IMG/VR virus record: IMGVR_UViG_3300021387_000147
DNA length: 64,000 nt
Direction: 5' to 3' (one strand)
DNA from: a virus
Lineage: Duplodnaviria; Caudoviricetes
Shown here in pieces: positions 38,722 to 49,459 of this stretch. The notes under the pieces are model-generated. The model was given only the letters and a program-made list of their open reading frames with translations, was not told the DNA's origin and did no database searches. A program made the translations under genes and the position numbers. Each line of letters starts with the position of its first letter. Position 1 is the stretch's first letter.

Positions 38722-39011
38722 TGATTAAGTTTGAAGTAAATAAAACATATCATGATAAAAACAATAATTCATATACAGTATTAAACAGAACTGAAGATAC
38801 TATTGAATGTAGATTTAATCGTGTAATCAAGAAATATCATGTAGTGAAGTATTGTAATATTGAAGCTGTTATTCAGTATGGATCACCATTAATTATGGCT
38901 GATAAAATCCATTACCAATTTGATAATGAAATTGATGGAAGCGGTATTAAGCGTAAACAAATTAATAAAGAGAGAATGGGATATATAGATGTCATTAGAA
39001 GAAGAATCTGA
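38721..39011 (+). CDS. Hypothetical protein
   Basis: 96-aa ORF in operon. Confidence 0.55.
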   Translation: MIKFEVNKTYHDKNNNSYTVLNRTEDTIECRFNRVIKKYHVVKYCNIEAVIQYGSPLIMADKIHYQFDNEIDGSGIKRKQINKERMGYIDVIRRRI

Positions 39012-39654
39012 AGTAGAAGTACCAACTCAAGAAACAGAACAGGCACCAGAACAAGATGAAGGTGGACAGACTGTAGATTTGGGTAATATGGGTAATTATT
39101 TTGAACAAGTAAGACAAAATTACTTTGAAATCAAAAGAACAATGTGGGTAGTAGGTACCATTGATTGGGATATTGCTATTCGTATTATTCAGAGATTGTC
39201 TTTCTATAGAACACAAACAGATTGTAAAGACCCTATCACAATTTATTTGTCATCACCAGGTGGTGGATGTGAAGCAGGTTTTGCAGTCGTAGATGCAATT
39301 GAAGAAATCAAAAAATTTGGTGTGCAAGTCAACACAGTTTGTTGTGGATCATGTTCATCAATGGCGTCAGTAATTTTGGCAAGTGGTACAAAGGGTTGTA
39401 GATATGCATTCCCATCATCACGTATCATGGTCCATCAGGCAGGAATTGATTTGTTTGGTGGTAAGCTAAAAGATATTGAAATTGTCCATAGAGAAGTTCA
39501 GAATTGGACAGACGCTATGAATAAGATTTTCAAGAAACAGACAGGAAAGAATCTTGAAGAACTTAAGAAAATGATTGAATATGATAATTATATGTCAGCA
39601 AATGAAGCCAAGAAAATCGGTCTAATTGACAAAGTGCAAACCAAATTAATATAA
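38989..39654 (+). CDS. clpP: ClpP-family protease subunit
   Basis: YLSSPGG, CSSMAS (catalytic Ser), RIMVHQ, DNYMSANEAKKIGLID. Confidence 0.9.
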   Translation: MSLEEESEVEVPTQETEQAPEQDEGGQTVDLGNMGNYFEQVRQNYFEIKRTMWVVGTIDWDIAIRIIQRLSFYRTQTDCKDPITIYLSSPGGGCEAGFAVVDAIEEIKKFGVQVNTVCCGSCSSMASVILASGTKGCRYAFPSSRIMVHQAGIDLFGGKLKDIEIVHREVQNWTDAMNKIFKKQTGKNLEELKKMIEYDNYMSANEAKKIGLIDKVQTKLI

Positions 39655-39661
39655 ATAGACT

Positions 39662-40462
39662 ATGATTAAAAAGGTAACTATGAGCAATATTAATTCAAAA
39701 GATCATCAAGACTTTTATGACTTTATACATGGAAAGAAGACTGAAACACAGCCTTCTATCCATACTGCACAGGAATATGATTTGCCTCCTGTGAAACCAC
39801 GTCCACGTCCAATACAAAAGAAATATCCTTTGTATGAAGATGATGAAACATATCGTCATCCAGCAGTAAGACAAGCTCCACCAAAGCCTGTTGAACCTCC
39901 TAAACCAAAGATGCCACGTCAGTTGACAGAAGCATATTCTTTGATTGAAGATATGAAGGTTAAGATGGAAGATATTTTCTATCGTTATGGTATGATTGGA
40001 TTGGAAAGATTAGACGAAGCTTTGGAAGATGTAATTGACGAAATTATGAATCCAGAACCAGTTGTAATTGAACGTCCAGTTCCAGCACCACAACCAGAAA
40101 AGCCAGTTGTCAAGAAACGTAAGAGACGTGTAGTAAGAAAGCCAATTCAGACACAGACAAATGAAGCAACAGAAGATGTTGAACCTGATGAAGTTTTGGT
40201 AGATCCACGTAAGTCATTAAATGATTTGGATATTAATGATTTAGGTGCAATTCTTGGTAAAGAAACAAAGGAATATAAGACAGAATCACAGAAGAAAACT
40301 GAACAGTTATTGAATGCTTACAGTAATGAAATGGAAGCTGAAGAACAAAAAGCAAATGAAGCTAGAGAAGCTGCAGAAGCAGCAGAAATTCAGCAACCAG
40401 AAGATATTCCTGACGAACCTCTAGAAGTTATTGGTGAAAATGAAGAAGAAACAGCAGAATAA
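39662..40462 (+). CDS. Hypothetical late protein (Pro-rich, acidic)
   Basis: TATAAATA 39650-39657 directly upstream. Confidence 0.6.
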   Translation: MIKKVTMSNINSKDHQDFYDFIHGKKTETQPSIHTAQEYDLPPVKPRPRPIQKKYPLYEDDETYRHPAVRQAPPKPVEPPKPKMPRQLTEAYSLIEDMKVKMEDIFYRYGMIGLERLDEALEDVIDEIMNPEPVVIERPVPAPQPEKPVVKKRKRRVVRKPIQTQTNEATEDVEPDEVLVDPRKSLNDLDINDLGAILGKETKEYKTESQKKTEQLLNAYSNEMEAEEQKANEAREAAEAAEIQQPEDIPDEPLEVIGENEEETAE

Positions 40463-40706
40463 CTTAAAAGAGAAATTACCAAAGAATAAGGTTCTTGTAG
40501 ATGGCACTGTCTTAGAGGCATTGCCAAATGCAATGTTCAGAGTTATGCTAGACAATAACAACATAGTTTTATGTACAGTTTCTGGTAATATGAGACGTCA
40601 TTTGATTAGAGTATTGCCTGATGACAGAGTACAAATTGGTGTAGAAACATACGATTTATCAAGAGGAATTATCTATTATCGTTATGATAATTCACGAAAG
40701 ATATAA
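40440..40706 (+). CDS. infA: Translation initiation factor IF-1
   Basis: DGTVLEALPNAMFRVMLDN..SGNMRRHLIRVLPDDRV..YDLSRGIIYYR. Confidence 0.92.
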   Translation: MKKKQQNNLKEKLPKNKVLVDGTVLEALPNAMFRVMLDNNNIVLCTVSGNMRRHLIRVLPDDRVQIGVETYDLSRGIIYYRYDNSRKI

Positions 40707-40713
40707 ATAAAGT

Positions 40714-40944
40714 ATGAGAGAATATCATAGATTACATCCGAAAGAAATTGATTGGTATGATTTACAGGAGAACAATCCTGAATTATACGATTTAATTTAT
40801 GGAAGTGTAAATAAATGGAAAGAATTTGAACAATTACCTGATTTATCGATGATACCTATGGAATATCAGCACATGATACCAGAAAATATCAGAAAGAATG
40901 AAGAAGATAATAGAGTTCAACATATCATGTTAACAAAATGGTAA
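40714..40944 (+). CDS. Hypothetical late protein
   Basis: TATAAATA 40702-40709 upstream. Confidence 0.55.
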   Translation: MREYHRLHPKEIDWYDLQENNPELYDLIYGSVNKWKEFEQLPDLSMIPMEYQHMIPENIRKNEEDNRVQHIMLTKW

Positions 40945-40981
40945 AACTAAATAACAACTAAGTGAAATAGAGGTAAATAAT

Positions 40982-41251
40982 ATGCAAACAATGTCAACTA
41001 TCGATCAGACTGGTGCAGTAGAAGCAGAAGACGTTTTGGTTAATCAGCTACGTGCTATTAAGTCATTCCCTAACCGTGCTCGTAAGGAACTATCCGCATG
41101 CGCAGTACCACAGGTAAAGGAACCAAAGGAAGAAGCAGAAAAGGCTGCATTCAAGAAAGGATATGAAGCAGGAGAACTCGCAGGTAAGAAAGCAGGTTAT
41201 CTAGAAGCTTTGCAAAATCTAGAAATTTTTATTAAGAAGTTGAATGCTTAA
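40982..41251 (+). CDS. Hypothetical protein
   Basis: SD GAGGTAAA; GYEAG..AGKKAGY repeats. Confidence 0.6.
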   Translation: MQTMSTIDQTGAVEAEDVLVNQLRAIKSFPNRARKELSACAVPQVKEPKEEAEKAAFKKGYEAGELAGKKAGYLEALQNLEIFIKKLNA

Positions 41252-41350
41252 TTAAAATTTTTTATTATATTTTATCATGCCTGAATAAGGCATGATATTT
41301 TTTTATGAACATAAAATCCGTATAATACAGCGAGTTGAAGGAAAAATAAT

Positions 41351-44314
41351 ATGTTTGGATATAAACAATGTGTATATGATAATTTCAAGAAAATTATCTA
41401 TTTGAAAGAACAGGATGACGATCGATACCACAAATATCCTTATGATCAATACTGTTATATTCAGTCAAATGAACCAACAGATTTAAAGGATATTCATGGA
41501 AATTACATGAAGAAATTGACTTATTCTGATAAGTCAGTCATCCAAAATTTAAAGAATTCTGGCATTATTGTTGCTGAAAGTGATTTCAAACCTGAAGTCA
41601 AATTCATGCATGACCGTTATGACAAAGTAGAATTAAAGCCAGATATTACAAAATGGAATATATGTCTATTCGATATTGAAGTGGCATCAGGATCACAATT
41701 CTATGATGACCACATTATCAAAATCAGAAATAAGACTACCAAGAACGTCTCAGATATTAAATTATATGACTTCGATGTAAACTATCCTACCGATAATTTT
41801 GAAGTCTGGGATGAACGTGAGAGCGCCTGGAAGAAGTATAAGGACTCATGTTATGTTGAATATGATTTCCCTGCTTCTGATAAAGCATTATGGCCAATCA
41901 ACTGTATTTCTTGTTATTCTACAAAAGACAAGAAGATGTATACATTTACTACACTTGAAAATGAACCTAATGCTGATGATGACCCAGAAACAAGACCATT
42001 TATTGAATTTGTTTGTGAAAACGAATTAATAATGATGAAGAAATTCTTGCAATGGTTCAATAAACAAAAATTTGATATTATTTCAGGATGGAACTCAGAA
42101 GCATACGATATTCCTTATATTATCAATAGATGTCACAGATTACGTGCATTGTGGGATGTTGCTACTGAATTCGAAAGAGCTTTGTCTCCATTGGCAAAGA
42201 TGCCAAATGAAAAGAAAATCTTTGATAGAAAACTACCTGATGTTGACCTTGGTTCAACATGGGAAATTCCAGGTCTATATTCATTGGATTACATGGAATT
42301 GTATAAGATGTTCGCTGACCATCCACCTATGTCTTCATTTGCATTGAATTATGTTTGCAATATGGAATTAGGACAAGGTAAGTTGGAATATGAAGGTAAA
42401 ATCAACGAAACTTATAAGAAGAAGAAAAAGCGTTTCAAACACTATAACCGAGATGACGTTTGGTTGTTAGTAGATTTGGAAGGTAAGAAGAAGATTTTCC
42501 CATTGATTATTGAATATGCTTATGATACCTTAGTTAATTTGGATAAGATTTTCATGAAGGTACCAACTTCTGAAGGTTATATCATGAAGTATCTTCATAA
42601 TGAAGGTAGAGTATTCAATGATAGAGAAACACACCATGAAGACTGGTGGAGAAAAGAAAAATGTTATGAAACACATCTAAAGGATGGTTCATTATATTAT
42701 CAGAACACTGAATATGAAAATGAATGTGAAATGGCAAAGTTCAGAAAAGCACGTTTGTCAAATCCAGATGTTCATCCATTCGAAGAATTCCACGTAAAGG
42801 CAGGTTATTGTTATGACTATCCAGGACGTTATGACTGGTGTATGTCATTCGATATTACGTCTTCATATCCTCACCATATTATGCAGTTCAACATTTCACC
42901 AGAAGTAGTTGTTAAGCATCCTAAGAAAGAAGATGTAGAAAGTGGTAAGGTAATTTTGACTGATGTTGCTGAAGTAGGTTTCTTGAGAACTGATGATGCA
43001 ATCATTCCATCAATTGCAAAGAAGGTATTCGCTGAACGTAAGGAATATAAGCGTTTGAAGGCAGAAGCTGCAGCAAGAGGTGATAATGATGCTAAGATGA
43101 GATACCACAATATTCAGTTGAATAAGAAGAACATCATTAACTCTTTGTATGGTGTATGTTTGACTGACTCATTCCACTTGTATAATATTGAATGTGCAAG
43201 AGCAATTTGTAGATGTGCACGTGTCACATTGAGAGATTGGTTGAAGAAGTATCTTGATAGTTATTACGTCTCATACGAAATAATCAAAGATATTGAAAAG
43301 TATTGGGGCATTAAGCTAAAGAATCAAGAAAAGTTCACATTCACAAATAGAGAAGCATGTGTAGTTCACTGTGATACTGACTCATGTTATTTCTGTATTG
43401 CTGAATTGCATGATAGATTGGTAGAAGAAGGAATTAAGATTGAAACTGAAGATGAAGTAAGAGAATTCTTTAGACACGCAGAAGATATGTTTACTGATTT
43501 CTTTGTTAAGGTTCTAGAATATAGAGCAAAGACTTCTAAGACTACAAACAAAATCAAGTTCAATCGTGAAAACATTTTCTCTAACATGTTCTGCTTCGCA
43601 AAGAAATTGTATATTGGAAATATCATTGATAGTGAAGGTGATTTATATCCATTGAAGCCTGTTGAAGGATTTGAATCTATGACAGATGAAGAAAAGGAAA
43701 AGCTACCAGAACATTGGCGTAAGCATCCTGAAGGTCCAAAACACAAGATCATGGGTGTTCCTATTAAACGTTCAGATATGCCTGATTTCTGTAAGGTAGC
43801 CGCTGAAAAGTTGGCATTCGATATTGCAGCAGGTATGAGTTATACTGATGCTCAGGAAATTGTTGAACAGACGTTCCAACAGTATAAGGCAGCAGGTATT
43901 GATGTAGTTTCAAGTAAGAAGAGTATTACGAACTATAAGAAGTATATTCCAAAGCCAATTGAATGGTATACAAAGCATGGATTGATTTTCGATAAAGGAA
44001 TGATTTTCCAGGCTAAGGTAAGTTTGGCATATAACTATTTGATTGCAAAGAATAAATTGAAGTTAGTGCCAATAAATAATAACACCAAGTTCAATTACAT
44101 GTATGTAAAGCCAAATGATTATAACATTGAAGCTATTGCATTTATTGGTAGTTGGCCTGATGAACTAGCAAAAATACTTGAAGTTGACTATGAAACGATG
44201 TTTAGAAAATCCTTCGTACCAATTATTGAAAAGATGTTCCAAATCAGTAAATGGATTGGTGAAAAGGACTCTATCAGAATTGAAAAGTCAGGAATGTTTA
44301 ACTTTTTTGAATAA
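41351..44314 (+). CDS. gp43: Family B DNA polymerase
   Basis: ExoI FDIEV, ExoII GWNSEAYD, ExoIII YNRDDV; motif A FDITSSYP, B KNIINSLYG, C CDTDS; AKKLY. Confidence 0.95.
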   Translation: MFGYKQCVYDNFKKIIYLKEQDDDRYHKYPYDQYCYIQSNEPTDLKDIHGNYMKKLTYSDKSVIQNLKNSGIIVAESDFKPEVKFMHDRYDKVELKPDITKWNICLFDIEVASGSQFYDDHIIKIRNKTTKNVSDIKLYDFDVNYPTDNFEVWDERESAWKKYKDSCYVEYDFPASDKALWPINCISCYSTKDKKMYTFTTLENEPNADDDPETRPFIEFVCENELIMMKKFLQWFNKQKFDIISGWNSEAYDIPYIINRCHRLRALWDVATEFERALSPLAKMPNEKKIFDRKLPDVDLGSTWEIPGLYSLDYMELYKMFADHPPMSSFALNYVCNMELGQGKLEYEGKINETYKKKKKRFKHYNRDDVWLLVDLEGKKKIFPLIIEYAYDTLVNLDKIFMKVPTSEGYIMKYLHNEGRVFNDRETHHEDWWRKEKCYETHLKDGSLYYQNTEYENECEMAKFRKARLSNPDVHPFEEFHVKAGYCYDYPGRYDWCMSFDITSSYPHHIMQFNISPEVVVKHPKKEDVESGKVILTDVAEVGFLRTDDAIIPSIAKKVFAERKEYKRLKAEAAARGDNDAKMRYHNIQLNKKNIINSLYGVCLTDSFHLYNIECARAICRCARVTLRDWLKKYLDSYYVSYEIIKDIEKYWGIKLKNQEKFTFTNREACVVHCDTDSCYFCIAELHDRLVEEGIKIETEDEVREFFRHAEDMFTDFFVKVLEYRAKTSKTTNKIKFNRENIFSNMFCFAKKLYIGNIIDSEGDLYPLKPVEGFESMTDEEKEKLPEHWRKHPEGPKHKIMGVPIKRSDMPDFCKVAAEKLAFDIAAGMSYTDAQEIVEQTFQQYKAAGIDVVSSKKSITNYKKYIPKPIEWYTKHGLIFDKGMIFQAKVSLAYNYLIAKNKLKLVPINNNTKFNYMYVKPNDYNIEAIAFIGSWPDELAKILEVDYETMFRKSFVPIIEKMFQISKWIGEKDSIRIEKSGMFNFFE

Positions 44315-44323
44315 GGAGAAACT

Positions 44324-44614
44324 ATGGAAAAATGTCCAATTTGCGGAAAGGAAAGTAAGAATAAGGCAGGTTTGAGTCTACACATGAAGAACATGCATAA
44401 GGATCAAACATTAAATGAAAACAAAGCTGCAGAAAAACTTATTCAGCCAGAATTAGTCACTGAAAATAAGGAAATTAAAGCAGAAGTCCAGAAGAAAGAG
44501 GATGAATTTGTATCAGTTAATGAGTCTGTCGACACTGATTTCGTTTCAGTAAAGAAGAATCCATATCGTGATTTATACCCTGGAGAAGGTGAAGTTATCA
44601 ACGAATGGTGCTAA
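44324..44614 (+). CDS. Small protein with C2H2 zinc finger
   Basis: CPICGKESKNKAGLSLHMKNMH. Confidence 0.7.
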   Translation: MEKCPICGKESKNKAGLSLHMKNMHKDQTLNENKAAEKLIQPELVTENKEIKAEVQKKEDEFVSVNESVDTDFVSVKKNPYRDLYPGEGEVINEWC

Positions 44615-44630
44615 AAATGTAGAAACTTTT

Positions 44631-44673
44631 ATATGCACGGTTGTTTACGACCGTGCATATTTTTGTATATTTG
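44631..44673 (+). promoter_or_regulatory. Terminator hairpin overlapping early-type promoter
   Basis: ATATGCACGGT/ACCGTGCATAT stem; GTTTAC 44643-44648, 17 nt, TATATTTG 44666-44673. Confidence 0.7.
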
Positions 44674-44718
44674 TATTATTAAACAATGATGTTTAAGATA
44701 TAAAGAGGTAAAAAGAAT

Positions 44719-46020
44719 ATGGCTAATTTTAGTTTTAAAGATAATATCAACAAAATCGGAAAATCTGGATTGAAGGATTTAATTGCAACAGAATTGGATG
44801 AAGTATCATTCCTATCAACTAACGTAGTTGTAATGAACCTTGTATTCAGTGGAAAGATTATGGGTGGTATTAAGAAAGGAACTATCAATACCATTTGTGC
44901 TCCTTCAGCAGAAGGTAAGTCATTGATTGGCTTGAACTGTTTGAAATCTGCTCAGAAGGCGGGAATGGACTGTGTAGTCGTTGACTCTGAAAGAGCATTC
45001 CCATTCGCTGTAGCTAAGGCACTTGGAATTGATATGTCCAAAATTCCAGTCTATCAGGCAGTAAACATTGGTGATATTAAGCGTATTTACGCAATGATTA
45101 ATGAAGGTGCAAAGGCAAAGGAACGTAAGAACATCTTCGTATTGTTTGACTCTTGGGGACCACTAGTATTCACAGGTTTAATGGATAAGGCAGAAAAGGG
45201 TTCAGATACAGCAGATATGGGTAGAACTGCAGGATTTAAGAATGAACTTGCAAATATCATTAACGCTTATGGTAATACAACATTCTGTGTTAACCACGTT
45301 TATGATTCACTACAAATGTATGGTGAAAAGTTCTGTATTCCAGGTGGTCGTCGTTTGTTCTTCTTGTCTGATGGTATTGGTCTAGCTTTGTCAGAAGCAC
45401 AATGGAAGAGCCCAGAAGATGACTCTTACATGGGTAAGTTGGTCACAATGGGTGTTAAGAAGGGACGTAGTGCTCGTGAACGTGGAAGAGTTCAGTTTGC
45501 AATTCGTGCTGACGGTGCTTTGGACCCATTCTATGGATTGTTTGATGACGCTATTGATAGTGGTGTATTGAAGAAAGTAGCACCAGGTAAGTATGTTCGT
45601 GATTTCGCAATCATTGACAAGAAAACTGGTGAAGATAAATCTGATATAGATATTGATACACATGAACCAAAGAGAACATGGCGTGAAGCAGATATGTATT
45701 GTGATCCAAAGTTGGAAGCAATATTCTGGATTCCTATTTTCCAGAATCCTGACTTCGTTAAATATGTTGAAACAAAGTATACATACGAAGCAGATGATAT
45801 GTTGTCAGCTAAGTACGATATTGTAGATATGATCAATGGTGATCAGGATCTTCCAACAGAAGAAGATTTGTATGAAGAAGTCGAAGATACTCGTCCTGAA
45901 GATTCAAAGGAAGCTGTTACTTTGGAAGATATTGGTATTACTTCAGAAGAAGCAATTAAGCCAGTTACTGAAGAAACAGCTGAAAAGGCAACAAAGAAAG
46001 GTAAAAAGAAGGCTAAGTAA
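44719..46020 (+). CDS. uvsX: RecA-like recombinase
   Basis: NLVFSG..GG, APSAEGKS, DSE, FDSWG, VNHVY, PGG. Confidence 0.9.
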   Translation: MANFSFKDNINKIGKSGLKDLIATELDEVSFLSTNVVVMNLVFSGKIMGGIKKGTINTICAPSAEGKSLIGLNCLKSAQKAGMDCVVVDSERAFPFAVAKALGIDMSKIPVYQAVNIGDIKRIYAMINEGAKAKERKNIFVLFDSWGPLVFTGLMDKAEKGSDTADMGRTAGFKNELANIINAYGNTTFCVNHVYDSLQMYGEKFCIPGGRRLFFLSDGIGLALSEAQWKSPEDDSYMGKLVTMGVKKGRSARERGRVQFAIRADGALDPFYGLFDDAIDSGVLKKVAPGKYVRDFAIIDKKTGEDKSDIDIDTHEPKRTWREADMYCDPKLEAIFWIPIFQNPDFVKYVETKYTYEADDMLSAKYDIVDMINGDQDLPTEEDLYEEVEDTRPEDSKEAVTLEDIGITSEEAIKPVTEETAEKATKKGKKKAK

Positions 46021-47387
46021 TGAAAGAATTCGATTTCGAAAAGGTTATAATTAAGGCATTACTCACTAATGATAAGGTAAAAACAAAAGTTTTACCTTTC
46101 CTTAAAGAAGAATGGTTTGGCTTCAATATTGATGCAAAGGATATTGTTCGTAAGATAATTTCCTATAATTCAAAGTATTCTGAAATGCCTAATCCTCTTG
46201 AAATTGAAAGAATGATTAGTAATGATTCAACATTGAAAACATTTAAGGATATTCTAAGTATTCCTAATGAAAATGTTGAAACACCATATATTATCGAAGA
46301 AATTGAGGAATTCGTTAGAAGAAAACTGATATACAATGTTTCTGAAAAGATGCATGAATATTGTAGAGGTGAAAATCAAGAAGACAATTTCGCTGATGAA
46401 GTAGCAGAAGCACAAGCATTCTCATTCAACACTGATATTGGTTTCTCTTTCTTCGAAGACCCTCAAATTTTATTCGAAGATATTATTGCAAATGAAAAAG
46501 TCTATTCAACAGGTTTAAAGTCTATCGATGACTTAATCGGTGGTGGACTTCATGAAAAATCTTTGAACATGATTATGGCACCAACTAACGTTGGTAAGAC
46601 TTTAACTCTATGTTCAATTGCTACGAATTTGATTATCAATGGTCACACAGTTTTGTATGTCACCTTCGAAGATAGTGAAAAGAAGATTGGTCAGCGTATT
46701 GCTCAGAATTTGTATGACGTTACTCAGACTCAATTGAAGTCATTATCAAGAAATTCTTATGGTTCAATCTATAAGAAAGCATTGGCAAAATGTGGTCACA
46801 ATAAGTTAATTATTAAGGAATATGAAGAAGGTACTTTGAATGCAATTGGTTTGAAGGCACTTCTAAAAGAACTAGAAGAAAAGAAAAACTTTATTCCTGA
46901 AGTATTGATTATTGACTATATTGGTTGTATGATTCCTAATGGAAAGGTATCTATCAATACAAATGATAACACTATCTTGAAACTTGTTTCAGGTCAGGTA
47001 AGAAGCATTGGTATGATTAAGGGAATTCCTATTGTAAGTGCTATGCAGACTAACCGTGGTGGTTATCAGAGTGCTGATTTAGGATTGGATGATGCAGCAG
47101 ACTCATTTGGTCAGACTATGAAGGCAGATGCAATTTTCGGTATTATGCAGTCTCCAGAAATGAAGGAAGCAAATATGTATACAGTAAAATTGTTGAAGAC
47201 CAGATATGGTAATAAGAGAGGAAATGTAGTCACTATTGGTGTTGATGTTGAAAAACAGAGATTATTTGATTTAGTAGGATATAAACCACAAAATACAGGT
47301 AATGGTCAGCAATCAGCTTCTCCATCTGATATAATTGCATCACAAGCAGATGAAGCAATGAGTAATGTGGTAAATGATTTTGAATAA
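46020..47387 (+). CDS. gp41: Replicative DnaB-like helicase
   Basis: MAPTNVGKT, LIIKEY, IIDYIG, SAMQTNR, ADSFG, LKTRYG. Confidence 0.93.
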   Translation: MKEFDFEKVIIKALLTNDKVKTKVLPFLKEEWFGFNIDAKDIVRKIISYNSKYSEMPNPLEIERMISNDSTLKTFKDILSIPNENVETPYIIEEIEEFVRRKLIYNVSEKMHEYCRGENQEDNFADEVAEAQAFSFNTDIGFSFFEDPQILFEDIIANEKVYSTGLKSIDDLIGGGLHEKSLNMIMAPTNVGKTLTLCSIATNLIINGHTVLYVTFEDSEKKIGQRIAQNLYDVTQTQLKSLSRNSYGSIYKKALAKCGHNKLIIKEYEEGTLNAIGLKALLKELEEKKNFIPEVLIIDYIGCMIPNGKVSINTNDNTILKLVSGQVRSIGMIKGIPIVSAMQTNRGGYQSADLGLDDAADSFGQTMKADAIFGIMQSPEMKEANMYTVKLLKTRYGNKRGNVVTIGVDVEKQRLFDLVGYKPQNTGNGQQSASPSDIIASQADEAMSNVVNDFE

Positions 47388-47396
47388 GGTTTTATT

Positions 47397-47804
47397 ATGG
47401 AAGAACAAGTAGAATACAGCAATGATTTACCCAAGTACTCAACAGAATATGATATATCTGTCTTGGAAGAAAATGCGAACAAAAAGAATTTTTACGATTA
47501 CATGAAAAAGAATGGATTGGATTTTGATGATGTAGATGATGTATCTAAATTACCAAAGTTTATTGTAGAGATGTCTAAGAACATTGATACATTCAACCAT
47601 TTTAATAATGTATTGTATACATTGAATAAAGAAAATAAAATAAATATTGTTGATAGCATGATTATTCTTGTCACCGATTATTTGGAACCTAACCAGGTGA
47701 AGAAATTATTGGATGAAATGAATTTTTATCTATTAACAAATGAACTAAAGAAAAGATATAAAATTGGAAAAATTGACACAGGCATGTTTGAGTTTTTTGG
47801 ATGA
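47397..47804 (+). CDS. Hypothetical protein (possible gp33-like late co-activator)
   Basis: Size and position before putative gp59 and gp32; only weak helical similarity. Confidence 0.35.
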   Translation: MEEQVEYSNDLPKYSTEYDISVLEENANKKNFYDYMKKNGLDFDDVDDVSKLPKFIVEMSKNIDTFNHFNNVLYTLNKENKINIVDSMIILVTDYLEPNQVKKLLDEMNFYLLTNELKKRYKIGKIDTGMFEFFG

Positions 47805-48403
47805 TAAACAAATACCAAATATATCACTTGTATAAAGTCTTGAGTGGATTGAAGACTGCGAAGAAATTTACAAATAAGGTTTATAAGGATCTTACGACAA
47901 AGTCTGTAAAAGATATTTTGGAGGAAGATTTCTATTATACTCCTAATGTAGATAAATCGGCTAATGTGTTTATAGATTTAGTGAATAGCATAAACAGTGG
48001 ACAGTTTACAGTCAATGATTTTGCAATTTCTATTGTCAATGAGTTCATGATAACAGAGAAATTTCCGACTCTTTTATCATGTGGCAAGGTTGACAATCGA
48101 CAAAAATTTTTTATATTTAAGAAAAGAAAAGAGATAATAGCTCAGAGCGAATATCTGAAACAATTAGTAGAAGATAAAAACAAAGGACTATTTCAATTTT
48201 CAAGCAAGTATACTTTATTTGGCCTTGCGCCAGATCAAACAAATGAAATATACAAATTAATAAGAGATAAAATAGTCACATCGGAGTTTTACATACGCGG
48301 TTATGAAGCTAAAAAATTCATAATTGATGAGAGTAAGATTCAAGACACAGCATATATGAGATTCGTTTGGCTAACGAAAATCGTATTAAATCTAAAGAGG
48401 TAA
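47801..48403 (+). CDS. Hypothetical protein (possible gp59-like helicase loader)
   Basis: 200 aa, YQIYHLY N-terminus, immediately upstream of gp32 as in T4. Confidence 0.4.
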   Translation: MINKYQIYHLYKVLSGLKTAKKFTNKVYKDLTTKSVKDILEEDFYYTPNVDKSANVFIDLVNSINSGQFTVNDFAISIVNEFMITEKFPTLLSCGKVDNRQKFFIFKKRKEIIAQSEYLKQLVEDKNKGLFQFSSKYTLFGLAPDQTNEIYKLIRDKIVTSEFYIRGYEAKKFIIDESKIQDTAYMRFVWLTKIVLNLKR

Positions 48404-48409
48404 AAAATT

Positions 48410-49459
48410 ATGCCAGTAAATAAAAGTTTCGATTCAATTTTCAGCGCAGTTCAAAAGTCTTTCCCACAAAAGAAGGATAAAGCAGCAACTAAGAAGTCTT
48501 ATGAAATTGAAGGCCTTCTAAAGCCAACAATGAAGGACGGAAAGTTCAATATTGTATTGCGTTTCTTACCAGGTCATCCTGATGAAGATATGTCTTATGT
48601 AGAAAACAGAACACACATGATGCAGTTGCCTAACGGCGAATGGTTTGGTTGTGACTGTTTGCGTAAGTTTGGTGATGATGAAAAGCATCAGTGCCCAATT
48701 TGTCGTTATAACAATCTTCTATTCAAGAAGTATGGTAAGCCTGGAATTGAAGAATATCGTAAACATGCATTACCAAAATGGCAGCCAAAGTATTATGCCA
48801 ACGTTCTAGTAATCCGTAACCCAAATGCTCCTGAAACTGAAGGTCAAATCTTCAAGTTTGAATTCAAGCGTGCAATCATGAAGTTCATTTCTGAAGCAAT
48901 GAATGACAAGAAGGATGAACTAACTGGTGACGTTACTCCAGGAATTAACCCATTCTCTTGGTATGGTCCAAAGGATGAACAGGTAATCAATAAGGAATGG
49001 AGAGCAGGTGCAAACTTTGTTTGGGAAGGTTATCAGACTTCTAATGGTCCTAATTATGAAAAGTCTCACTGGACTGCACCATCAAGAATTTCTATGTTCA
49101 AGGATGGTAAGTTGCAGGAATTGACAGACGATGAAATTAACGAACTTGAACAGAAGCAGTTCCGTCTATCCGAAATCGAAAAGAAGGAAGAAGATTGTTC
49201 TACTTACGCTCAGATTGTTAAGCGCTATAAGCAGAAGACAGGTAAGTTCTTGTTTGCTGAATTTGGCGAAAAGGATCCAGATGAAAATGCTCCACAAGCA
49301 ATCAATGTTGATGAAGTTGTAAAGGCAGATTTTCCAAAGGCAGAAACCGTAGAGGCAGATGATTCAGAAATGTTTGCATCTAACCCAAAGGATGAACCTG
49401 AAGAAACAGCCGAAGAACTTGACAATGATGATTTCTTTGCAAGACTTTCACAAGGCTAA
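48410..49459 (+). CDS. gp32: Single-stranded DNA-binding protein
   Basis: VLRFLP, CPIC, YYANVLVI..P..PE.EGQIF, INPF..GANF, NYEKS, acidic tail DDFFARL. Confidence 0.92.
   Translation: MPVNKSFDSIFSAVQKSFPQKKDKAATKKSYEIEGLLKPTMKDGKFNIVLRFLPGHPDEDMSYVENRTHMMQLPNGEWFGCDCLRKFGDDEKHQCPICRYNNLLFKKYGKPGIEEYRKHALPKWQPKYYANVLVIRNPNAPETEGQIFKFEFKRAIMKFISEAMNDKKDELTGDVTPGINPFSWYGPKDEQVINKEWRAGANFVWEGYQTSNGPNYEKSHWTAPSRISMFKDGKLQELTDDEINELEQKQFRLSEIEKKEEDCSTYAQIVKRYKQKTGKFLFAEFGEKDPDENAPQAINVDEVVKADFPKAETVEADDSEMFASNPKDEPEETAEELDNDDFFARLSQG

Noticed and set aside
41351-47387. Functional inteins in polymerase, UvsX or helicase
   Set aside because: No complete block A/B/G sets and lengths near normal
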